A DNA stretch of 64,000 nt from Octopus sinensis (Eukaryota), in NCBI RefSeq assembly GCF_006345805.1, contig NC_043007.1, forward strand, positions 62,930,001-62,994,000. Reading direction: 5' to 3'. Every line of letters begins with the position of its first letter. Within the stretch, counting starts at the first letter, position 1. Below are positions 38,166 through 50,674 of the stretch, piece after piece. A program made the position numbers and the translations under genes. A model generated the notes under the pieces. The model saw only the letters and a program-made list of their open reading frames with translations, made no database searches and was not told the DNA's origin.

Positions 38166-41100
38166 TATTTCATTAGAAATGTAGTCACAAAATTGTTGAA
38201 AGTTGGCACTTCTATGATATAAAATCTTTTTTATTTTTCTGTTTTTCACTCCTCCATCTTAGTGTCCATGAGTATTGGTCAATCTTTTTTGAAACTATCA
38301 GCCTTTCTTTCTTTAAATTTTAATTTACTTTACAACATGCTCCTCACAAGTTCAGTTCTTTTTCTAATTTTATTTTAATTGAAGAGTTTGAACGGAAATA
38401 GAATCATTTTTGTAAATATTTGCTTCTTTGAATTTACGTTTGATGTCTTTTTTGTTTAAAAAAATGTTCATTCCTTTAGTATGCATTGTTGTTTTAATTG
38501 CTATTTGTTTTAATTAGATCAATAACAAATATTCTTTACTTTCAACATGAAATTGTATTGGATTTCTTGTAAATATTTGAAATTTAAAGAATCTTTTATC
38601 TTTTTAATTGTTTTGAAAATAGTTATAAACATACTATCCTACTATTCCCCCCATCTCTCTCTCTCTCTCTCTCCCCCTCTCCCTCCCTCCCTCCAAAAAT
38701 TTCTTTTGCAAGCTCAATATTTTAGTTCCATAAGACCACTTACAATTGCTGAAACTAAGAGAATACAGGAAGAGCTAATTTTCTCACACTATTTCTCATA
38801 TATAGTTTGTTTTTGCTGTCACTGTTAGCAGTTTCCTTTTTAGTAGAGAGTAGCAATAGTTTCTAAAACGATACATCACATTAAAGTATTAGTAGCTTAA
38901 ATCATTAAGGGTGTTGCAAAATTTTTGAATCTAAGAATTTTTTTTCCCCTTTTATTAGAATTCAACTTAAATTAGTTTCCCTGTTAACCACAAAATAGTT
39001 GGTTTATTTATGCACTTTTTTTTTTATCCTGTAGTACTCATCTGCTTTCTTTAGTATGTCATTGTTGCTAGCAAGAAATGTGCCAACCTGAAAATATTTT
39101 CTTAGTGAATCAAAGATCTCAAAGAGCATTGTTGTTCAAGTAAAATTTTGATTATCAAATAGACGAACTTTCCTGTGGACTATTTATTGCTGATGCAAAC
39201 CATCACCAGCTTAGATTCCAGATTTTACTTTGTTTATATACCATTACCTTATGTCTTTGTCATTTCTATTGAATTGTTAAATTGTTTAGAATCAGAAATA
39301 TTTTATGAAGAACAGAATATATCATTGATTGACAATTGGAAGTGTTGTTCTGAATTTTTTAAGCCTTTAAATTCTCTGCAATTGAATTTGTAGAATCTAG
39401 TCCAATGACTCTTGGTTCTTAGTTCCAAGCCAACTGAAATTTAACATAGCTTTTCATATTAGTTTTCAATATTAGTGCCCAGCTTCTTTTTACATTTTGA
39501 TTGCACTTAACGTAAGAGCTGTCAACTAGTAAATTTTCCTTCTCTTTTCTTTTTATAGATTCTGTATTTGTTTATATATACTCCTGATTTTATTATTGCT
39601 TTGTTTCTATCAGATGTTCTTTCCAAACTACTGTTTTTAAGTTGCAAGGTATTGTCAGTATCCTACTGTTGTATGCTGCTTGCTAGTCAGTAGCAGTTAT
39701 GTCTGATAGCACCTTTTTTTTTTTAAGAAATTTCTATTGCAGTGGAAAATAATTTTGTATGCTAGATGTCCTCAATATTTCATAGTGGGCTGTTTAAAAA
39801 ATTGAATATTTTGAAAAATTATTGATAAAACTCTTGAGCTGTTGTACCTGCTTAGTTTGATAATATTGATTTATTAACTAATCTGTCCTGAAAAACACCA
39901 ACTTTCACAGCAGCCTGAAAGCTATGTATGCATGTATGTACAGTAGAGAGAAGGATTTTGTGGGTGTAAGAGAAAGAAAGAAAGAAAGATTGTATCTACT
40001 CTTGTCAAAGCAGTTTTATACAGAAATTTTGTGGAAAGAAGTTTGTGTTCATTTTAATCTCTGTTCTTCTGTATCAACATGGATTTATAGGTCTTCTGTA
40101 CTGTATATCATCACACTTTTCAATCTTGTATGAGGCCAACATTTAGCAATCTAGCTCTAAGGTTAGATATCTTCCTATATCCTTCCTGTTCTTTGTTTGC
40201 ATACAATTAACGTTCCTTCAACCAACTATTCACCATTCTTTGGATTCAAATGTATTTCAGCTCTGACTCATTTATAGATAACTGATAGCACCATCCTAAG
40301 TATATCCTTCCATTTCCTTCTTACAAACAAATCTCACAACACAAATAGCTCCCAAGTGGTCCATATATACAGTAAGGTTGTAGAAGCAAAGAACACTACC
40401 TATGACATAGAAAGTGAGTTATCCATCTGGAAAGCAAATGATGGCTATATACATTGCTTGACAAGCTCTCTTAACTCCCAAACTACCATCAGACCTTGTT
40501 TCTTGCTAAGATCTCTACTGACTCAGGTATTCCTATTATTATCCTTTAACTAAAAGAAATCTATAAGTTGTATTGTTGCAGATAAAGACACCACGTTTTT
40601 TCTTATTTTGATTCCAGTTCAGTGTTGTTTACATACAAAATCTTCTAAACCTACTCTTCTTGATTTTATCTGCTTCATCACCAAACTATCACCCTCACTT
40701 TCAACATTTCAAAGGGATAGAGACCGTTTTAAGCAACCACTTCCTTCACTAAATTGTATCTTTCTCTTCTCTACAATCATCAGCACAATTTCTATAGAAT
40801 CAGAACTATTGCAAACTGCACTTGCCATGTTACAATCAACTGATATTTTAATCTTAAGAACTTTTATAAAAGCAATTATAGTGCTCTTGCTATCAAACTT
40901 TTGTCTATTTCTGATACAAAAATCTCCAGCAAGTCATTTGTCTATATATTCCAACCACCTCTCATTTCTTGTATTGGCTGATTCCTGCCTGACTATCTTA
41001 TTGCTTTCTTCTCTCTTCTGTATGTTAATGATCTTTACAATCAAGTCTTATTAAAATGACTTGCTATTGTCATTTCTAACCATACACACACTGAGACAGA

Positions 41101-41521
41101 TTATATCACCCCCAACAAGAAAGCCTACATGCACTCACTCAACATGGTGCGTTAGCATTTAAATCTCCCTCACATCAGACCTTACTTATCTTATAAAATT
41201 GAGTCATTAGGAACTATAGTTCTAGATATACAAAACAAGAGATTGGTTAGAGATAAAATACTTTTGATCAAGGGTCTGCTTGATGAGGACTGAAACTGGA
41301 ACTAAACAATTCACTAACATTCTGCATGAAGGTACCGGTCACATACAGCCTAGACATTTCACTTTAGGTTCAGTGCCTTAGAGAGTAAAGAGAATAAGTT
41401 TTAATGTTTATTTTGTTCTCTTGGGGGTTAATTCAGCTTTAGCTAGTTGGTTGTGGCTTGATACAGCTATGTTATTGAACTAGCATGATAATAAAGTGAT
41501 AGTCTGTGGCTTACACACACA

Positions 41522-41552
<31 letters not shown>

Positions 41553-42231
41553 TAATGATGAGTAACCTTCATAGCTACTCTTACTGAAGTGGGTCAGCAG
41601 GGACTTTTTTCCTTTATTACCAATGAAGACTGTTATGTATGTCACCCTACACTTCTTATAAGATGCTCATTGTCTAGTGTTTGTTGACTTGGCTTTTTTC
41701 AATGTTCTCACACAAGGAAACATTTACTCATTGAAAGATAATAAGTAAACAATACTAACAATAGTTTTGAAAAAGATTTATGCTATGTAAATAAAGTTTA
41801 TGAAGAAAATATTTTTCTGTATAGAAGTATTTTGTGGTACAAACCCCAACCCTCACTCCACCTTGTCACAGCTATGTACAACCAACCAGTTAGTTTGACC
41901 TTGACTAGAAGTTGACTGGGAGTAAAGGAATTTTGTGTTTTTATTTTGTAAACTTGACTGTAGCATTTTATTTCTAGTGTTGAGGAGTGGCTGGGAACTT
42001 CAAGGCACAGAGTTTGCTTTGAGTATGTCATAATTTTACAGCTTGTTAATAGTAAAGTACTGCAAATGTAGATGTTAAGAATGTAATGTGAAATGCTGAT
42101 ATTAGTTTTTCAAGTACCCATTTTTATATTTGTGATAGCCCTTAATAAAGATACCAATAAAACTTGTTTAGCAAACAATATTCTGTATACTGTATTTGTA
42201 TAAAGAAATGGTAAATTTTTGTGTGTGTAAG

Positions 42232-42620
42232 TGCAGGTACAGACATGGTTGTGCAGTGAAAATTTGTTTCCTAGCTACATGGTTTCGGGTTCAGTCCAAC
42301 TGCATGTCGCTTTGGGCAGGTGTTTTCTATTACAGCCCCAAGCTGACCAAAGCCTTGTGAGTTGATTAGGTAGATGTAACCTGAGAGAATCCATCCATAT
42401 ATGTGCTAATATATCTCTTTGCCTTGACATTGCATGATAGCTGTAAATGAGTGTCACTCTAACGGAAGCAGTAATTTATTCCAATCTTCTGTGAAAATAT
42501 GTCTCACCATGAGGAATATTACTTTACTAGGAAACAAACAGGTGAGGGTTCTAGAAAATCTGCCTCAACAAATTCTGTATGACTGATGTAAGGATGAAAA
42601 AAGTGAACATTAAGCAATGA
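42232..42620 (+). mobile_element. SINE, same type as 8612
   Basis: Head and body collinear with 8612-9029; tail runs into a microsatellite. Confidence 0.75.
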
Positions 42621-42624
42621 TAGT

Positions 42625-42680
42625 GTCTTATATGTGCATATACGTTTGTATGATATATAAATATATATATATACATAGGC

Positions 42681-42711
<31 letters not shown>

Positions 42712-42753
42712 CATGTACATATATACACGCATATATATATCTACATATATATA

Positions 42754-42830
<77 letters not shown>

Positions 42831-42907
42831 TTATACATATATATATACATACATCTGTATGTATATATATATTATATATGTATGTAATATATATATATAT
42901 ATGTATG

Positions 42908-42939
<32 letters not shown>

Positions 42940-43056
42940 TGTATGTATATATATATATGTATGTATATATATATATATGTATGTATATATATATATAGTA
43001 TGTATATATATATGTATGTATGTATATATACATATATGTGTGTGTGTATATATATG

Positions 43057-43122
<66 letters not shown>

Positions 43123-43192
43123 TGTGTGTGTGTATATATATGTGTGTACATATATATATTTGTATACATGTATTTATGGATGTGTGTGTGTG

Positions 43193-43223
<31 letters not shown>

Positions 43224-43240
43224 ATTTATATATGCATATG
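42625..43240. repeat. (TA)n/(TG)n compound microsatellite
   Basis: Directly visible. Confidence 0.95.
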
Positions 43241-44029
43241 GGATAAACAACCCTCAGCTAAACATCCATTAATGTTATATCACCTGAAGAAATGAATCCA
43301 TGAACATGATCTACCCATTGCCTATGGGTACTACAGACTACAGTGTAATCATTCCAGGAGTACAGACTGATTTTAAGAGACATATGATTTGTGGAAATGC
43401 ATGTAGCGATGCATTAAAATGTTTATAAATTCCATAGACAGATTATTGCAATTGCTGTATGTATGCATGTGTGTGTGTGTGTGTGTGTGGATCAAAACAA
43501 ATTGAAATTTGTTGGTATTTTTAGTTTCAAGCGTGATGCTAGTCATCAGCCATTTTGAATTTGAATGACAGAAGTTGACAGTTATTACCGTAAGTTGGGC
43601 TGTGATTGATGGAGGAAGGTCACGCGGTGTTGTGGTTTGATGTTGGTATATGGGTAACAGTTAGTTGGAAAATACCACATGGTGAACAGAAAATTGATCA
43701 TATGGGGGACAGGAAATGGACCATGTGGCAATTAGGAAATTGGTCAGGTTGTTGCGGGGGATAAAAGGAAGGGGTGGTATGTGCAAGTATATAGCTCATA
43801 TGGTTTTGCGTGCATGTGTATATTGATGCAAATGTGCGCATCTGTATCTAAGCACATATGCCAGCATGCATACACGCACATGTATGCATGCACATACGCA
43901 CACACACGCATGCATATTCATTCATATGTACTTATATATATATACTTGCATGCATGTACATATGCATACCAATGTGCATGCATGTGTGTGCACATTTGCA
44001 TGCATGCATTAGTATACATGCGCAAAACG

Positions 44030-44620
44030 AGAGTCAGGGATTGGTAAACACATCAATAGCCATATCAGAGATGACATGGATATGTTAAATCACCTCCCAA
44101 AAAATGTCAGGGAAGAAACAATCATGGTTTCATTTGACGTAATTAATTAATATACCAGTATACCTCATAATTATGGGCTAGAGGCAATTCAGCTTCGGCT
44201 GGATCAATTTCTGGAAGAAATACCAGAAAGGATCAGCAAAGAATTCATAATTCAATCGGTTGAATTCATCCTACGAAACAATCACTTCAAGTTTGACAAT
44301 ACATTTTATCGACAAAAATCTGGAATTGCCATGGGCACTCGGGCAGCTCCAGTCATTGCAAACCTAACAATGAGCTATCTAGAAATAATAGTATACCAGC
44401 AATCTTTATCTACCTTTGGAAACCCCCTTGCCCAATACATAAAAGAAAATTGGAAAAGATTCCTAGACGACTGTTTCATACTCTAGAATGAAAACACAGA
44501 TAAACTCCTGAAATTCAAAAGTTTATTGAAGAGCACCAACCCAAACATACAGTTCACAATGGAGTACAACCAAAAGGAGCTCCCATTCTTGGATATACTA
44601 ATTAAAAAAATAAACCATAA
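44030..44620 (+). mobile_element. Penelope-like element, RT fragment with two stops
   Basis: Reads SHIRDDMD...VSFDVIN*YTSIPH...FYRQKSGIAMGTRAAPVIANL...WKRFLDDCFIL*...IQFTME...LPFLDILI, the Penelope RT motif series. Confidence 0.9.
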
Positions 44621-45320
44621 CACGTGGCCTATGCCAGTCGTGTATAACCAGCCCAATTGAACAATAAACTTTGCTTGCAAAGACCTGTTGAAGTAAGTGA
44701 AATCTAAATCAAAATCGCTGGCATGGCTGATGACGCCAGTAGAAGTGCCATCCAAGCGTGCCTGTTGCCAGGGCTGCTGACTGGCACCCATACCGGTGGC
44801 ATGTAAAAAGCACCATTCTAGTCTGATTATTGCCAGTGTTGCCTTACTGGCGTATGTGCCTGTGGCATGTGAAAAATAACATTCGAGCATGGTCGTTGCC
44901 AGTGCCGCCAGACTGGCTCTCGTGCAGGTGGCATGTAAAAAAACATATTCATATATATATATATATATATATATATTCATACATGTTATATATGTATATT
45001 CATACATATTTATATATGTATATTCATACATATTTATATATGTATATTCATACATGTTTATATATGTATATTCATACATGTTTATATATGTATATTCATA
45101 CATATTTATATATGTATATATATATTCATGTATATATGTTTATATATGTATATATATATATTCATGTATATATGTTTATATATGTATATATATATATTCA
45201 TGTATATATGTTTATATATGTATATATATATATATGTATTCATGTATATATGTTTACATATAATATATTCATATATATCAGCATGGAAAGTGGACGCTAA
45301 ACGACGATGATGATGATGAT
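44621..45320 (+). mobile_element. RTE 3' UTR and tail interrupted by a TA-rich minisatellite
   Basis: 44621-44945 matches 170-470; the tail CAGCATGGAAAGTGGACGCTAAACGACGATGATG lies at 45278-45320. Confidence 0.8.
44985..45260. repeat. 24-bp minisatellite (TATATTCATACAT[A/G]TTTATATATG) grading into longer units
   Basis: Directly visible; gives the (MYEYTYIN)n ORF. Confidence 0.9.
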
Positions 45321-45321
45321 T

Positions 45322-45640
45322 TCACAAAGCGAGTTATTTATCAACTTTGTGTTTATAGGAATGTAGAGGTTAAAAGTAAACTTACATCATCTATACCTTG
45401 CTAAAGTACATTTATATAAATCCCTGTCTATTGTGTGGACTAACGAGAAGATAATTAATAGAATTTCCAAACGACTCTTGAGATGCGTACATGCATATAT
45501 ATGTACTTTCGCACAATGCAGTGAGAATGAATTTTGAGTAGCCCTTAACATAACTCAATTTACTTTAAGCGATGGATGACTTCAGTTTACTTTTAACCTC
45601 TCATTTCTTATAAACACCAAGTTGATAACTCACTTTGTGA
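45322..45640. mobile_element. MITE with long imperfect TIRs (~60 bp clear, possibly ~100 bp)
   Basis: TCACAAAGCGAGTTA...GTGTTTATAGG...GAGGTTAAAAGTAAACT matches the reverse complement of AGTTTACTTTTAACCTC...TATAAACAC...ACTCACTTTGTGA. Confidence 0.85.
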
Positions 45641-46082
45641 TCATATTCTCACGTGTGCATATTCTCACATTTTTGTGGATGCTTGTATGAGTGAGTGTAC
45701 TGGCGCCATGCAGCTTGCCCAAGGGCGTTTATACATCCATACCTGTTAACAGTTATTTTTAATACTTTTCTCGCTGGATTGCGTGTTTGTTTCTCTTGTT
45801 GTCATCTGTGATTTTATTTTTGATCTATATCTGGCAGCTTTTCTCTCTACGAAATCGACAGTTACATTGCAGAACAGTCATTTTAACAAGTTGTATTTAT
45901 CACTCGACAAGATACATCTGCACCACCGGATGCTCCTCAACCAGTTGTTGAGTGTCCCACCCAAGAGGAATCGATGCTAGATGTGTTGAAATAATTGTCA
46001 TTATTAATAATAAATTCTTGTATATTCCATCTTCTGTCTTTCCTTTGCTGTATGTATGTATATATGTATATACATATATATA

Positions 46083-46130
<48 letters not shown>

Positions 46131-46444
46131 GAAATACTGTAAGGTTTTTTAACTTGTACAGGCCATTTCTTCTGACTAACTCTGCAAGTAGAAGATCCTA
46201 TAATTAGTTGACCCTCAATCTGTCATCAAGATTTCTTGAAGTGGTATGAACAGAATCACTCCCCCTCTCTCTTTCTCTCTCTCTCTCAAACACACCTACA
46301 CAATATCTAGACTCAGAAAATGAAGCTTTATGATGAGAGGTGGCTGATGCCTCCTAACAGGCATCATGGTTAACATGTTTGCTTTCGTTAAAAGTAATTA
46401 AAGAAAATTATCAAATTATCTTTGTAGAAAGAAGTTTGATCTTA

Positions 46445-47030
46445 AGTATCTCTAGCTGGGACACAACTCTCAAATGGCTCAGTTGTAAATAGTTACAGCA
46501 GGATCAGGTAAAAATCATCATTCCAAAAGAACAGCATTACTGTTGATTCAATGAACAATGAATCTTGGATTTTAAGAGAAAAACTTATATTGCACATTAT
46601 TCTGAGTTAAAAATATTAACCTACAAATAGATTATGCATATTTTAAATAACTCATGCTTAGTGCTTCATATAAGGCAACCTATGAAGACTTGCATTAGTT
46701 TAGACATTTTACTAAGAATGGTAATGTGGATGACTAGGTGAATAGAATAGCAGATAATAGCCAAGAAATTAAATACTCTCGTGTGCCAGGACATCTTTTT
46801 CAAACAGTCCAGTTGTAAATGAGTAGTACTACAGGACCAGGTTAAATCATCACTCCATGAAACAGCATTACTGTTGATTTAATTATTGATAAATCATTGC
46901 TAATACTGCAAAGAACCTTGATTTTTAGAAGGAAATCTATATACACCATGTGTACATTATTCATGTCTGAGTTGAAAATCTACAAATACATTATGCATAT
47001 TTTAACTAGTTCAGGGTAAGTACTTCAAAC
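46445..47030. repeat. Old diverged direct duplication (two units ~330 bp apart)
   Basis: CAGTTGTAAAT, AAATCATCA.TCCA, AACAGCATTACTGTTGATT, CACATT/TACATTATT and CTACAAATA.ATTATGCATATTTTAA each occur twice in the same order. Confidence 0.75.
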
Positions 47031-47879
47031 AGTTCCTCTAGACATCAATAACGGAGGCAATTGATATTTTTGTTAGATGAACAGAGGGCAATAAAAGGTC
47101 AGGCAGGAGACTGAAACTTCAACAACAACTAATACTCTTGCACAGAAGTGCATGAAAAATTTAATAATGGTAATTTCTGAATCGCAAAATCTATAATAGA
47201 TGTAAGCATCTGTGTGTGTGTGTCCATGAATCTCCTCTGTCATGGAAGTAATTCGTTCCTGAAAACTTGCTGTAGCATGGAATCCCATAACGTGAAATTA
47301 ATCTTCCCATTGATTTTTATATTATGGTGTGATATTGCATTCTGCCACTTTTATATTTTCTAAAGAAATAAGTATTTCTAAAGAAATAAGACCACAGTAA
47401 ATGTGTAAAAAAAAAAAAAAAACCATTTGTAAACATATACAGTATAATTCATAATATCATGAAAGAATACATCCTTACCACAAAAGATGTTGACTACTGT
47501 GTGCAGGATGGTGTTGGTGGTGGTGGTGATAGAATAAGAATTACTGGGAAGATGAGGGACACTCTCTTCTAGCTTAGAGGGGTGAAGAACTTATCCAAAA
47601 TCGTTTCATTGTTTATGCTGCATCATCACTTTTTACAGCTCAATCTAGGAACTCAGTTCATTATAAACTCCTTATAATTTTTATGTTATGTTTGCAATTA
47701 GGGTTGTTATAAGCGAAAACTTATACACTTTCCTATATAAGTTCCAACCCTTTGGCATAAATTTAAAAGTTCTCATATAATATGCCTTGAAGTTAGTTAC
47801 TATTCTTAGAACAAAGAAATTATATTCTTGAGAATACATTCTATTTTCAAAATTAAAGTTCACTGGATAGTTTGGTAGG

Positions 47880-48420
47880 TTGTTCATATCACCAGCAGCA
47901 TTTCCTCTCAGAAGCTGCATCAAGTAGTTTTTGGAAATGTTAAATTTTGGTGTTGATTTTTTCTATTCAAGGAAGTTCTTGCAGACAAGAGCTTCCAGAA
48001 AAGTGCAGTTTCGTCAATATTGTATACTTGTCCTGGTGTGTAGCCTCCTTTAGAACTAAATCCTTTCTTTCAGTTGCTCAGCAGCAGCTTCTGTATCAGC
48101 ACTGGTAGACCAGTCATTTTTGATGTACAAATGGAAGCACTTCTTAACCTTTCAAACCAGCCTTTACTGACTAGAAATGGTTTTTCTTTAGAAGTTTCAC
48201 CTTCTGAAAATCATCATACAAGCTTTTGCCTTTTTTAAAAAATTCCATCATGCTTATCAGCACACTACATCAAGTCTGATCTTCGATACATACCTCCAAG
48301 AGCTATCCCATTTTAAGCATCATGTGTTTGTGTGTGGGTGTTCTCTTTCTCAATTTAATTTAGAGTAAATTTTGACTGGCCACCTACTTGGTAGCAAGGT
48401 TGTGAAAGAAAGTATCTTCT
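47880..48420 (-). mobile_element. Tigger/pogo transposase fragment
   Basis: Minus-strand pieces KPFLVSKGWFERLR, SADTEAAA and GYTPGQVYNIDETALFWKL. Confidence 0.75.
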
Positions 48421-48429
48421 TTTAACCAT

Positions 48430-49682
48430 CATCCTTTAAATCTGAAGGTCTTGGAAATTTTTATAGTCCTAGATATTGTCATCATTTGTAACATGTGAAT
48501 TAAGCATTTGGATTTCTCCCCAAGATCCCAAGCTCAGCCATACTTGGTTCCAGATAAGCTGGTATGTATCCTGTTGTTCCAATACTAATAGGAATGAAGC
48601 TGGAAGTGTATCTTGGGTATTGGATTTGCAAACTACTTATCAATGGTCCATAAATATTCTCTTTCTTTTGTGTTTTTCTAACCACATTGGTGTCCAGAGG
48701 GCAGCTGATTTCCACAACAGAACATATCTTTTCTTTGTGGCCCTACGCAATGATACCTTGCTAGTTGTGTTTTAACTTGGTGGTTGTTTTAATTTTTAAG
48801 TTCCACCAATATTCTTTTGACCCATTGGGCTCTACATGGTCAACTTCAGTTGTAGGTGTTTTCTTTATTGTTATCCTGTTCCAGACTATTCTGGCCATTA
48901 CATCATTCCTCATAGGAAGAAAATATCTTGAAGACATTCTCTCACCGTTGGTAATAATGTGGTTCATGTCTTCAGTCTTGGTCTTGCACAACCTGCATTT
49001 GTTGTCTGTCAATGTTTTCTGCCTTTTATGATGTAGGTACTTAGTGGGGATCTCTTGTTTTTGGATTACATGGATGTAGCCTTCAAAGTGGAATGTCGTA
49101 AACTTTTCTGTGTTCATTGCCAAGTTTTAGACATGGTCAGTTCGTTCTATGGTTTGTGTTTTACATGCCAAGTATCCATGTACTATCTTTTCAGTGAACT
49201 GGTCCATTTGTTTTATTCAGTTCTAATAAATGGATTTTACCAATGTTCCTTGAGGAGAGATCTGTATCAGCTCTTTTTTCACACCTCCCCTCAAGTTTTT
49301 CATACCTCTCCTCAAGTTTATTAGCTATCCTAATTATATTGTTGGCTTCATGGTCTCAAACTTGGTCTCTTTCCTCAGATGTTTCAATGTCACAATACAT
49401 GTTTCATATAACATCAATATAGATTTGAGACCACAGCTGCCATCCTTTGTGAAAAGTATATAGCCTGTCTACATTTCCATTGATGTTGAAGTTTCCTGTA
49501 ATACTAAGCAGCTTGCAAGTTTGAGCATCTATCTCATTGGATTGAATTCTTGTAGTGACCAATTGAGAAGGCTAAACATAGGTGTGAGGACAGGCACTGC
49601 AAAGATTTTGTGAGCAATGTGCTTCTTGTAAGCTGAGAGTTCTGGTGACCATATTCTCTTTACTTGCACAGAAACATCTTTG
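48430..49682 (-). mobile_element. Second R4/Dong-like RLE retrotransposon fragment (RT end, CCHC, RLE)
   Basis: ORF track: LSAYKKHIAHKIFAVPVLTP; EGY...QKQEIPTKYL...CRLCKTKTEDMNHII...RYFLPMRND; EYWWN; EISCPLDTN...YGPL...FIPISIGTTGY. Confidence 0.85.
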
Positions 49683-49684
49683 AA

Positions 49685-49696
49685 TATATATGTGTA

Positions 49697-49757
<61 letters not shown>
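49685..49757. repeat. (TG)/(TA)/(CA) microsatellite
   Basis: Directly visible. Confidence 0.9.
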
Positions 49758-49758
<1 letters not shown>

Positions 49759-49799
49759 TAGGCTCATATACCTACAAATAAACTTATATATTCTATATA

Positions 49800-50674
49800 C
49801 AGGGTGAAATGGGTAAATTGTCACCATTTTATATTTTTAATTTCGCGCATTGTTTGTTTTTGGTTTTGTTGACTACACAGTATAGTAGGATCAGTTGGGC
49901 ACTGTCTGTGAGAAAAAGAGCACCATGATGCAGTTCACTCTGCACAAAAATTTGGAAACAATATGCTGTATTACTTGGCATCCACGCCAGAAGCTCCAAT
50001 ATGAACATTTCAGAGTGTTTGGGTGTCAGTCTGAGGACATGTACCAAGAGTGATAAAAATCAAACATGCAGTCAGCACCATGATGTTTGGAGTGATCACT
50101 AGAGACAGCGACGTTATGCCTCTATTCATCTTCCCACACGGCCTCATTCTCAACACAGAGGCCTAAAACAAATGCCTGGAGGAGGTAGTGCTGCCCTGGT
50201 TCAAGAGGATGGCTTTTGGGAGATCCTATGTCTGGCAACAGAACTCTGCACCTTGGCACACAAGCAGGAAAACCCAGTCGTGGCTGTCAGACAATTTCTG
50301 CGACTACATCACCCCTAACATGTGGCCATCTAACTCCTCAGACTGCAACCCCCATGATTATTATGTGTGGGGCACAGTTGGACAAGAGACCAACAAAAAA
50401 ACTCCTTGTAACACGCACCAAAGATGAACTGAAGGCAAGGATTATGGCAGCATTCATCAACTTAAACAAGGAGACCATCCAGAAGAGTTGCAGGAGATTC
50501 CAAAGCCATCTGGAGGCCATGGTTGAAGCCAATGGTGATTTTATTAAATAAATTTACTCTTGTGTATTTCAAGATATTTTTATGTAATTTCGGTAAATAT
50601 ATCCATTAAAATGAGATGTCACTATTATTTTCATTTTTGTGTAATTTAGACAACAGTTTATTCACCACATCCTG
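49800..50674 (+). mobile_element. maT (DD37D) Tc1/mariner element, internally deleted
   Basis: TA at 49798-49799 and 50675-50676; CAGGGTG/CATCCTG ends. QQNSAPWH...WPSNSSDCNPHDYYVW has 37 residues between the second (D>N) and third catalytic positions. Confidence 0.85.

Noticed and set aside
41278-41300. CTTGATGAGGACTGAAAC hammerhead-like string
   Set aside because: The core is not CTGATGA, and the sequence is explained as a mutated copy of the short dispersed repeat.
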